32,000 nt of DNA, from contig NZ_CP042911.1 in NCBI RefSeq assembly GCF_008065095.1, forward strand, positions 2,430,001-2,462,000, in the 5' to 3' direction. A model generated the notes under the pieces. It worked only from the letters and a program-made list of their open reading frames with translations. It searched no databases and had not been told where the DNA came from. Numbering within the stretch: the stretch's first letter is position 1; each line of letters starts with the position of its first letter. Below, piece after piece: positions 8,148 through 15,460 of the stretch. This DNA is from Gemmata obscuriglobus (GTDB lineage Bacteria > Planctomycetota > Planctomycetia > Gemmatales > Gemmataceae). The position numbers were made by a program, and so were the translations under genes.

Positions 8148-8965
8148 TTCGCTCGCCCGGTCGGCCACGTGTACCCGCGCGGGTCCATCGCCCGCCACGC
8201 CTTCCCCATCTGCGCCCACGCGCCGCCCCAGAAGCGCCGGAACGTCAACCCGCCGGCCCGCAGCGCCCGCCGGTGCCCCGCCCAGATCGCCACCGTCACC
8301 CCGGCGAACAGCACCCGCTGAACCCCCATCGTGAGCGCGCGGAGCGCGCGCCCGCGGTTGCGGTGAATGATCGCGAGCCGCTCGCACTGGAACCGCAGGT
8401 GCGGCACCTCGTCCCGCAAGATCTGGTGACAGATGCGGCGCAGCACCGCGGAGCCCGTCGCGCGCCGCACCGCCGCGTAGTAGAGCATCGCGTGGACCTC
8501 CACCATGACGACCACCGTCGTCCACACCTCCATTCGCAACCGCAGGTGGCGGAACAGCCGGAAGATCGAGTCGCCCCAGTCGCGGCCCTTCCGCGGCACG
8601 CCGGCGAGGTCGAGGAACCGGCCGAGCATTTCCCCGTGGCGCTGCTCCTCCGCGATGAACCGCTTGATCGCTTCGACGTAAGCGGGGTCGTAGGTCTGCG
8701 CGGCGTGCCGCTCGGCCGCCCGCGTCAGCCGCGTCCCGTCGGACGTTTCGCCGAGCTGCCACGCCCGCAGCGATTCGATGATCTCGGCCAGCTCCTCGCG
8801 CGTTGCACCGGCGCCCGCGCCCCAGGGAATCGGCATGAGGTTGGTCGCGTTATGCTCGAAGTACGCGACCCACTCCTCGGACGTCCACACGACCGGTTTC
8901 ACGGGCACGGCGGTCGCGGCGTCTTCGGTACTCAGGCCCAGAGCTTCCAGCATTGCACTTCGCAT
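8144..8965 (-). CDS. Ferritin-like diiron-carboxylate domain protein, function unknown
   Basis: Two ExxH motifs are present, EEQRH and DEVPH. Intervening conserved Glu residues (QLGE, VEVH) fit the E / ExxH / E / ExxH four-helix-bundle ligand pattern. A GGAG SD lies 7 nt upstream of the ATG. Confidence 0.7.
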   Translation of the reverse strand: MRSAMLEALGLSTEDAATAVPVKPVVWTSEEWVAYFEHNATNLMPIPWGAGAGATREELAEIIESLRAWQLGETSDGTRLTRAAERHAAQTYDPAYVEAIKRFIAEEQRHGEMLGRFLDLAGVPRKGRDWGDSIFRLFRHLRLRMEVWTTVVVMVEVHAMLYYAAVRRATGSAVLRRICHQILRDEVPHLRFQCERLAIIHRNRGRALRALTMGVQRVLFAGVTVAIWAGHRRALRAGGLTFRRFWGGAWAQMGKAWRAMDPRGYTWPTGRAN

Positions 8966-8986
8966 GTGTTACTCCAGTAGCGGTGC

Positions 8987-9013
8987 AGAATACTTTGTGA
9001 TGCAAAGTTAAAG
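8987..9013 (-). promoter_or_regulatory. Palindromic operator-like site (copy A) next to a -10-like TATTCT, upstream of the ferritin-like gene
   Basis: The palindrome is ACTTTG-TGATG-CAAAGT (8992-9008). The plus-strand context is GCAGAATACTTTGTGATGCAAAGTTAAAG, nearly identical to copy B at 10784-10811. On the minus strand a TATTCT abuts the palindrome; the -35 is poor. Confidence 0.45.
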
Positions 9014-9057
9014 GCCAAAAAAGAAGCGGGCGAAAGCCCGCGCTGGACCAAATAGCG

Positions 9058-9537
9058 CTACGACGGGTGGCGGTGCGGGTGCCCTGCGAACACCGCAACG
9101 AGCATCCGGAAGAAGAGGCCGCCCGCGAGCGCGGTCGCGAGGAGCAACCCGCCGGTCACGACGGTAACAAGGAAGCCCATCCATTCAGTCATTTCTGGCG
9201 GCGGGGCCACGCGCTGCGCGCACAGTTCAAGGGCCGCCCCACCCGCCATGAATTGTGCGATAGGTAAGATTTGCGATAAAGAGAACACTCCGGCGCCGTA
9301 CAGCAGCGGCCGCCGTACCCACGGCACCCGCGCGACTGTTACGGCGCCCGCCAGCCACAGGGCCGCGATGCCCGCGAGCATTCCGAAGAAGCCGCCCTTG
9401 GCGGTGACGGCGAGGCCGAAGGCGAACGGGACCGGCAGGTTCGCCAGCACCACCAGCGCCCACCCCCACTGCCACTCGGACCCCGCCGACCGGGGCGAGG
9501 TGGGAGCGGGTTCGATGTGTTCGGTTCCGGTACTCAT
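9058..9537 (-). CDS. Small integral membrane protein (about 4 TM, His-rich C-terminus HPHRHPS), hypothetical
   Basis: The ATG at 9537 has GAAGGAG 6 nt upstream. Hydrophobic helices include WALVVLANLPVPFAFGLAV and GMLAGIAALWLAGAV. The track ORF start at 9630 runs into the inverted repeat and is unlikely. Confidence 0.55.
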   Translation of the reverse strand: MSTGTEHIEPAPTSPRSAGSEWQWGWALVVLANLPVPFAFGLAVTAKGGFFGMLAGIAALWLAGAVTVARVPWVRRPLLYGAGVFSLSQILPIAQFMAGGAALELCAQRVAPPPEMTEWMGFLVTVVTGGLLLATALAGGLFFRMLVAVFAGHPHRHPS

Positions 9538-9575
9538 GGCCGCTCCTTCGCGTTGTGTTCCGGCCAATTCGGTGC

Positions 9576-9715
9576 GTCGGTGGTGTTCCCCTGGGACCGC
9601 GGACGTCCCGTCCGCTGCTTCAGAGGTCAAGGGCGCTTGGCGGGTGATCGCGACGCGACACTCGGCGCGTGCCGGCGGACGGGACGTCCGCGGTCCCAGG
9701 GAAACACCACCCGAC
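9576..9715. repeat. Long inverted repeat (about 37-40 bp arms, 59-nt spacer) between the regulator gene and the next membrane-protein gene
   Basis: The left arm is GGTGGTGTTCCCCTGGGACCGCGGACGTCCCGTCCGC (9579-9615). The right arm is GCGGACGGGACGTCCGCGGTCCCAGGGAAACACCACC (9675-9711), with 1 mismatch. The flanks GTCGG/CCGAC extend it with a 1-nt indel. Each arm has an internal GGGAC..GTCCC mini-hairpin. Confidence 0.85.
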
Positions 9716-9752
9716 TGCGCTATGCGACTTGAAACTGCTGAAGCTCTTCGTG

Positions 9753-10166
9753 TTACGCCCCGGCCAGCCCGGGGCGGGCGGTCCCGCCCGCGGTGTCGGT
9801 GGCGTCGGCCTCCTGGGCAGCGTCGCGCAGCACCCGTTCGAGCTGGGCCAGGTACTCGCGGAACCGCTTCCGCCCGCTCGTCGTAATCACCACCGTGGTG
9901 AGCGGGCGGCGGTCCTGAAACGTCTTGGTGATCTTCACCAGCGGGTGCTTGGCGTCGTCCTCACGGGCCAGCATTTCGAGGTGCTTGCTCAGGTTCCCGT
10001 CGGTCAGGCTGCACAGCCGCGCGAGGTCCGAGAACGACAGCCCGTCCGGGTGCGTCGCGAGGGCCGTGAGGATGCCGATGCGGGCCTTCGAGTGCAGCAC
10101 CGGGTCGAGGCCGTCGTAGGCGAACCGGCCCGCGTCGCCGTCGGGCTCTTTGTCGGCGTCACTCAT
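9753..10166 (-). CDS. Winged-helix (MarR/ArsR-like) transcriptional regulator
   Basis: The protein has 137 aa. The HTH-like core is HSKARIGILTALATHPDGLSFSDLARLCSLTDGNLSKHLEMLA, followed by a wing and a coiled tail (KRFREYLAQLERVL). The start overlaps the upstream membrane-protein gene by 8 nt. Confidence 0.75.
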   Translation of the reverse strand: MSDADKEPDGDAGRFAYDGLDPVLHSKARIGILTALATHPDGLSFSDLARLCSLTDGNLSKHLEMLAREDDAKHPLVKITKTFQDRRPLTTVVITTSGRKRFREYLAQLERVLRDAAQEADATDTAGGTARPGLAGA

Positions 10167-10752
10167 CTCGGTATTCCTTCGTGGAGTGCAGCGCGAGCGC
10201 CGTTAACAGGTGGCCGATGCCGAAGACGCCGCCGACGCACCACCCGGGCGGCTCCGGCGGCTGCCACGCGAGCAGCATTGCGCCGGCGAACACATAACCC
10301 GTCCCGAGCAGCGTGATCGCGCGCGGCATGTGCGGGCGCACGGCGATGAACCCCAGTCCGAACAGCACCGCCCACAGCCCGGGGAGCAGCGGCACGAAGC
10401 CGTCCGTGCGGGCGAGCGCGACCGTGACCAGCGCGCCGGCGAGCAGGCACGGCAGGAACTGACCCATCACGCGCCGGGTGCGGCGCCGCTCGAAGTCGTC
10501 TTCGCGGAACAGGTACGACCGCACCGCCGCCGAGAACCCGACGCACCCGCCGAGCATGGCGACCGCCGACCAGTACCCCGCGAACGCGGCCGGCACCCCC
10601 GCGGGGAGCACCCACCGCTGCGCCGCGGCGGCGAACAGCCCCACGGCGCCGATCACCGCCACCGCGGGCACGCGGAACCCGCGGTACACCTCGCCCTTGG
10701 TGAGCTGGTCGTGGATGCGGTCGAGCTGGGCTAGCGCGTCGCGGACTTCCAT
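10159..10752 (-). CDS. Integral membrane protein (about 5 TM), hypothetical; first gene of the regulator operon
   Basis: The in-frame ATG at 10752 gives MEVRDALAQLDRIHDQL. Several hydrophobic helices follow. The gene is translationally coupled to the regulator gene. Confidence 0.6.
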   Translation of the reverse strand: MEVRDALAQLDRIHDQLTKGEVYRGFRVPAVAVIGAVGLFAAAAQRWVLPAGVPAAFAGYWSAVAMLGGCVGFSAAVRSYLFREDDFERRRTRRVMGQFLPCLLAGALVTVALARTDGFVPLLPGLWAVLFGLGFIAVRPHMPRAITLLGTGYVFAGAMLLAWQPPEPPGWCVGGVFGIGHLLTALALHSTKEYRDE

Positions 10753-10785
10753 TCGCTCGTCACCCGTCAGAGGGAAGTTGGCGGC

Positions 10786-10815
10786 AGTATACTTTGCACC
10801 GCAAAGTAAAGTCAA
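10786..10815 (-). promoter_or_regulatory. Sigma70-like promoter with embedded palindromic operator (copy B)
   Basis: The minus strand reads TTGACT (10815-10810), an 18-nt spacer and TATACT (10791-10786). The spacer holds the perfect palindrome ACTTTGC-ACC-GCAAAGT (10791-10807). It lies about 35 nt upstream of the ATG at 10752. Confidence 0.55.
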
Positions 10816-11503
10816 GGGTGAAGGTGGAACAACTCGTCCGGAGGCAGAGCCGTTCCGCATCTCACCTACGCCGCGGACGAGCGCGGTGTCATCGGATTGG
10901 TATGGGATCGCGCCAGACGCACCGCCGTAGGAGCCAACCCGCGCGACGTGCGCGGCCCACGTCCGCTCGGGTGATTCGAGCGAGATTGGGCCGCGAGGCT
11001 GTCACGGAGATTACAGCATGGCGCGCGGGACCGACGGGGGCTCGACGGGACATTCGCGGGCGGTTCGCTGCCGATTCGCTACCCGGTCGCTGGTGCGTTG
11101 CTACCACCGAATCGTGCCCGCAAAACACAAATAACGCACCCGTTCGCCCGGAGGGTGCTTCCGGAATCATTGCGGGATACGTGCCGCAAAGTGTGATTGT
11201 GAAATCGATTGCGGCGGTTATGGCCCGACGTGTCGTTTCACCACTGTGGACGGGAATCGGTGTCACGGGCTCTGTTCGAGGTCGCGCGAGTTTCCGGAAC
11301 TGCCGCGCGAGACGAAATAGGGTGCGGAAGTGCCGGTGCTGCTGGCAGTATGACGCGAGGTCACCGTGAATACGCCGCGTCGCTACGCTTCGACCACGGG
11401 GCACGGGAAGGGGAGGGCGGACATGATCGCGCATTTCCTGCATCAGTTTGCCGGCCGCCGGGCAAACAATGACGGAACCGGTCGTTCGCCGAAGGGAGCT
11501 GCG

Positions 11504-14500
11504 ATGTCCGCAACCGCCGTCCGCAGAGTCGTCTCACGGCTTCAGCCCGGGGGCGCACTCACCGACGCCGAACTCGTCCTCGCGATCGGGGCGCCGGGCA
11601 CGAGCCGCGAAGCCGCGTTCGCGGAACTGGTGGGGCGCTATGGGCCGATGGTGCTGGGTGTGTGCCGCCGGGTACTCGGCGACGCGCACGCGGCCGAGGA
11701 CGCGTTTCAGGCGGTGTTCCTGGTACTCGCCCGGAAGGCGGAACTGGTTCGGCCGCCCGGAGCGGTCGGGGGCTGGCTGTACGGCGTTGCGGTGCGCACG
11801 GCCCGGAAGGCGAAGGTCGCTGCCGCTCGGCGGCGGAGGTACGAGATGGCGGTCATCACTCCGGCGAACGTCGATGGCCGGTGCGTCGCCGGTGCCCTCG
11901 ATCACACCGAGCTGCGAGCGGTGATCGACGAAGAACTGGCCGCGCTGCCCGAAACGCACCGGGCGGCGATCGTCCTGTGCGACCTCCAGGGCAAGACCCG
12001 CGCGGAAGCGGCGTGCGAGTTGGGCCGGGCCGAAGGGACCGTGGCGTCGTGGCTCGCGCGCGGCCGCAAGGCCCTGGCCGTGCGGCTCGCGCGGCGAGGC
12101 GTGGCGCTGCCCGCCGCGGGGCTTCTGGCGGTCGCGGTGCCTTTCGTTGTGTCGGCCGAACTGAGTTCCGTTGCGGTCGGCACTTTAGCCGGTCGCGGCG
12201 CGTCACCGTTCGTTCTCGCACTCGCGGAGAGCGTGATGAAAAGCTTCGCGTTCGCTCCGAAGAAGCTGTTCGCTGGTGCGTGTGCCGTCGGGGCGCTACT
12301 GGCGGCCGTTGCGACGGCCGCCGCGTGGCCGGGGCGCCCGCCCGTTCCGGACCTGCCCGCGACACCGCCCACTGCCGTTGCCGCGCCGGTGCCCAAGCCG
12401 GAGGCGGGCTCCAACGGCTTCCTCGACCACGACGGGCGCATTCATTCGGTGTCCTACGCCCCGGGTGGGAAGGCGTTCGTTTCGGTCGGTGGCGGGCGCG
12501 CGGTCGTGTGGGAGGCCGGAACGCAGAAGCGGCGGTTCAGTGTGCCGGCCGAGTTCGCGGCGTTTTCGGCCGATGGTAAGTCGCTGTTCGTACTGGCCGA
12601 GGACGAGTTTCGCACGCTCGATGCGGGCACCGGCAAGGTGCAGGCCACGAAGAAGCGTGACAAACCCGAGGCGATCTACCGGGGTACCACCGCAGCGTTC
12701 ACCGCCGACGGATCGAAGTGGGTCGAGTTCGACGGCAACGTGCATCACCTCCGCGGCGATTTCAAGGGCGGGGCGCCGGCGCTCGCGGGGCAAAGGGTGT
12801 CCACCCGGGACGAGTACAAGCGGATCTTCGGGCGGGGCGGCGCGTTCAGTCCGGACGGAACGCGGTTCGCCGGCATCCACTGGAAGCACGCCCCTGAAGA
12901 TGCGAACGGTGTCCTGAGCGTCTGGGACGCCGTGACCGGTGTGCGGACCGGGGCACTTGCGCTTCCGAACTCCGAGGCTCCGGCCTTTTCGTTCGCCTGG
13001 TCGCCTGACGGGACGGAATTGGCGGTCGGTCGGTACAGCGTGGAAGTGTACGACGCAAAGACTCTCAAACTGTCGCGCCGGTTCGACGCGGGCTGGGAAG
13101 AAATGACCGGGCGGTTCAGTGCGCTGGCGTGGTCGCCAGACGGCAAACGCCTGGCTGCCGGGCGCCGGGTCGAACGCAGCACCAGCCCGCCCGGTCGGAC
13201 CGGCGGCGTCATCACGGGAGATACCGCGAACGTCCAACTGCTCGACGCGCGGACGGGGGCCGAGTTGCAGTGGTTCGATGGGTTCCCTGACAATTTGCCG
13301 GTGATGTCGCTCGCGTTTAGCCCCGACGGTAAACGGATCGTGTGCGGGGCCGGCAACTTCCCGGATGTGATCGGTTTCGACCCGCCGGCGGGGGCGAAGA
13401 CGCTGCGCGTACTGAACGTCGAAGAGCCGAGCGTGCGGGGCATGCGCGGCGTCGCGTTCGGCCCGGACGGCTCGCGCTACATCGTCTTCCGCGACGGCAT
13501 CATCGAGGTGTTCGACGCCGCGACCGGAAAACCTCTGTACACGGCCGGGGGCGAAGCGGGGTGCTTACTCGCGGACAACGGTCTCGTTGTGCTGGAACCC
13601 CGGCTGATCTCGCTGTACGACGCACGGGGCCACCGGACCGCCGGGCGGCGTCCCCCGAACACGAAGGCCAAGTGGGAGCATGCGGTGTTCAGCCCGGACG
13701 GTAAGCGGTACGCCCTTCATTTCGGCCAGAACGTGCGGGTGTACGACATCGCGACCGGCGCCGAAGCGTTCTGGCTGGAAGGGCAGCTCGAAGCGTCTGG
13801 CATGTCCTCCGGACACCAGATCGCGCCCACGGTCCAGTTCACCGACGACGGGAAAGGGCTCATCGTGTCGCGGGTGAAGCTCACCGCCGACGGGCCGCTC
13901 GGGGCGGGTGTGTGGTCGGCGACGGACGGCAAACGGCTCGACACGTTCGTGCCCAACGGGAAGGAACAGATGGAGTGGGCCGTTCCCGCACCGTCGGGCG
14001 GTACGGTCGCGATCTCGTTCGGAACGCGTGTCGAAATCTGGGCGACCGGAAACGGTGCGAAGAACCCGGTTCACCGCTTTGCATCGTCGTGGCGGGTGGA
14101 CTCGCTCGCGTACTCGCCGGACGGAACGCGGATCGCGGTTGGCAGTCGGAAGGAAGTGGGTGGCGACGGCGGGAAGGCGAACCGCGTTCGGGAAACGGTG
14201 ATTCAAGTGTTCAACGCGACCACCGGGAAAGAGCAGCACCGGTTCGCGGAGCGAGCCGTGGGGAGGGACTGCGCCGCGCTGCACCTGGCATTCGCCCCCA
14301 ACGGCAACCAGCTCCTGGCCGGGTTCAGTGCGGCTGTGGGACCGGGCGGGGCGGTCAAGCTGTACGACGTGACGCCGCCTGCTCCCGCGGTAGCACAGGA
14401 TTGGGCCGAAGTGGCCACTCTGACCGACCTCAAGGGGAATGTGAACGGGGTGGCAGTGTCGCCCGACGGTAAGCTGTTGGCCGCAACCGATCACATGGGG

Positions 14501-15388
14501 ATGATTGCGGTTTGGGACGCCAAAACGCGCAAGGTGCTCGCCACGGTGAACCGGGCCACGAAGGGCGCGTACGGGGTGGCGTTTTCCCGGGACAACAAGC
14601 ACCTTGCGGTCGGCAGCGACACGGGCGTTCTGGGCTACGAACTGCCGGGTACGAAGCTCGCGGCGTGGAGCGAGAACAACGTCAAATTCGGTCGGGTGAG
14701 CGAGGTGGCGTTTTCGCCGGACGGCACCCGCCTCGCTGCGACCGACGGGTATGTGACCCGGGTCCGCTCGCTCGCCGGCAAGGAACTGTGGTCGTTCCAG
14801 TCGCACCCGCGCCCGAAAGGTGAGTCGGTGGCGCGGCGTATCGCGCCCGCGTGGTCGCCGGATGGGAAGTGGCTCGCCGTTCCGTCCAAGGGCCAAGACT
14901 CGGGTGCGTGGGGCGTCAGCCTCAGCCCCAAAGGTGAGGGGGCACCCACGCGAGTGCTGACCGGTCCGAAGGCGCCCGTGACCTGCGTGGCGTGGGCGCC
15001 GGACGGCTCGTTCTTCGTGGCAGGCGATGAAGACGGAACCGTGATCGCGTGGGACGCAAAGACCGACAAGGAGATCTGGCGACGGACGTTCCACGGGCGC
15101 GACATGCCGGCCGGTCGGGTGCACGCACTGGCCGTGTCGCCCGCGGACGGCACCGTCGCGGCAGCCGTGGACATGCTCTCTGGCATGTGCCCCCAGCGCG
15201 TGGTTCTGCTCGCACCGCGGGACGGCGAAGCGGTGGCGTCGGGGCTGTGGCGGATGGCACCGGTGACTTCGGTTGCGTGGGCGCCGGACGGGCGGTCGTT
15301 CGTGGCCGGGTACGGCGTGTCCGAGTTCGAGCGGCTCCCGGCGGGCGGCGGTGCGGGCGCGGTGGTGGTGTGGGGGCGCAAGCCGTGA
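11504..15388 (+). CDS. ECF-type sigma factor fused to a TM segment and a very large WD40/PD40-like beta-propeller region
   Basis: The sigma2 region reads FAELVGRYGPMVLGVCRRVLGDAHAAEDAFQAVFLVLARKA. The sigma4 region reads LPETHRAAIVLCDLQGKTRAEAACELGRAEGTVASWLARGRKAL. The hydrophobic helix is LFAGACAVGALLAAVATAAAW (nt ~12265-12327), followed by a Pro-rich linker. About 19 repeats then carry [FWY][SA]PDG[KTS]x[LFI][AV]. The start at 11504 has GAAGGGAG upstream; the ATG at 11423 (GGGAGGG upstream) is an alternative. Confidence 0.85.
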   Translation: MSATAVRRVVSRLQPGGALTDAELVLAIGAPGTSREAAFAELVGRYGPMVLGVCRRVLGDAHAAEDAFQAVFLVLARKAELVRPPGAVGGWLYGVAVRTARKAKVAAARRRRYEMAVITPANVDGRCVAGALDHTELRAVIDEELAALPETHRAAIVLCDLQGKTRAEAACELGRAEGTVASWLARGRKALAVRLARRGVALPAAGLLAVAVPFVVSAELSSVAVGTLAGRGASPFVLALAESVMKSFAFAPKKLFAGACAVGALLAAVATAAAWPGRPPVPDLPATPPTAVAAPVPKPEAGSNGFLDHDGRIHSVSYAPGGKAFVSVGGGRAVVWEAGTQKRRFSVPAEFAAFSADGKSLFVLAEDEFRTLDAGTGKVQATKKRDKPEAIYRGTTAAFTADGSKWVEFDGNVHHLRGDFKGGAPALAGQRVSTRDEYKRIFGRGGAFSPDGTRFAGIHWKHAPEDANGVLSVWDAVTGVRTGALALPNSEAPAFSFAWSPDGTELAVGRYSVEVYDAKTLKLSRRFDAGWEEMTGRFSALAWSPDGKRLAAGRRVERSTSPPGRTGGVITGDTANVQLLDARTGAELQWFDGFPDNLPVMSLAFSPDGKRIVCGAGNFPDVIGFDPPAGAKTLRVLNVEEPSVRGMRGVAFGPDGSRYIVFRDGIIEVFDAATGKPLYTAGGEAGCLLADNGLVVLEPRLISLYDARGHRTAGRRPPNTKAKWEHAVFSPDGKRYALHFGQNVRVYDIATGAEAFWLEGQLEASGMSSGHQIAPTVQFTDDGKGLIVSRVKLTADGPLGAGVWSATDGKRLDTFVPNGKEQMEWAVPAPSGGTVAISFGTRVEIWATGNGAKNPVHRFASSWRVDSLAYSPDGTRIAVGSRKEVGGDGGKANRVRETVIQVFNATTGKEQHRFAERAVGRDCAALHLAFAPNGNQLLAGFSAAVGPGGAVKLYDVTPPAPAVAQDWAEVATLTDLKGNVNGVAVSPDGKLLAATDHMGMIAVWDAKTRKVLATVNRATKGAYGVAFSRDNKHLAVGSDTGVLGYELPGTKLAAWSENNVKFGRVSEVAFSPDGTRLAATDGYVTRVRSLAGKELWSFQSHPRPKGESVARRIAPAWSPDGKWLAVPSKGQDSGAWGVSLSPKGEGAPTRVLTGPKAPVTCVAWAPDGSFFVAGDEDGTVIAWDAKTDKEIWRRTFHGRDMPAGRVHALAVSPADGTVAAAVDMLSGMCPQRVVLLAPRDGEAVASGLWRMAPVTSVAWAPDGRSFVAGYGVSEFERLPAGGGAGAVVVWGRKP

Positions 15389-15400
15389 GCGCAGGGGATC

Positions 15401-15438
15401 AATAAAACGGCACGCGGACACGAGCGTTCGCGTGCCGT
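15401..15438. terminator. GC-rich hairpin between the ECF-WD40 gene and fabI; its U-tract is only on the minus-strand side
   Basis: A 10-bp stem pairs ACGGCACGCG (15407-15416) with CGCGTGCCGT (15429-15438), with a 12-nt loop. AATAAAA precedes it on the plus strand, which reads TTTTATT after the stem on the minus strand. No T-run follows on the plus strand. Confidence 0.45.
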
Positions 15439-15460
15439 CCAGCTTCCGAGGTCAACGTTA

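Noticed and set aside
6564-8762. A 732-aa minus-strand ORF, plus many other long ORFs overlapping called genes in other frames or on the other strand (e.g. 4766-6118, 13565-15421, 16457-17899, 20151-21956, 22401-24383, 25257-26783, 26741-28099)
   Set aside because: Their translations are Arg/Pro/Gly/Ala-rich low-complexity strings with no domain signatures, as expected from stop-codon depletion in very GC-rich DNA. Only the C-terminal 318 aa of the 732-aa ORF (6564-7520) look like a real protein, the PLP dehydratase. The rest overlaps the well-supported parDE and ferritin-like genes.
11296-11320. A possible ECF-type autoregulatory promoter (GGAAC at 11296-11300) upstream of the ECF-WD40 gene
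   Set aside because: No convincing -10 element (CGTC-like) lies at 16-17 nt spacing, and GGAAC alone is too common. I left it uncalled.
10794-11443. ORFs 10794-11369 (+) and 10889-11443 (-) as possible genes filling the long intergenic gap
   Set aside because: Both translations are Arg/Ser/Cys-rich with no hydrophobic core pattern, no SD and no recognisable motif. The two also overlap each other almost completely.
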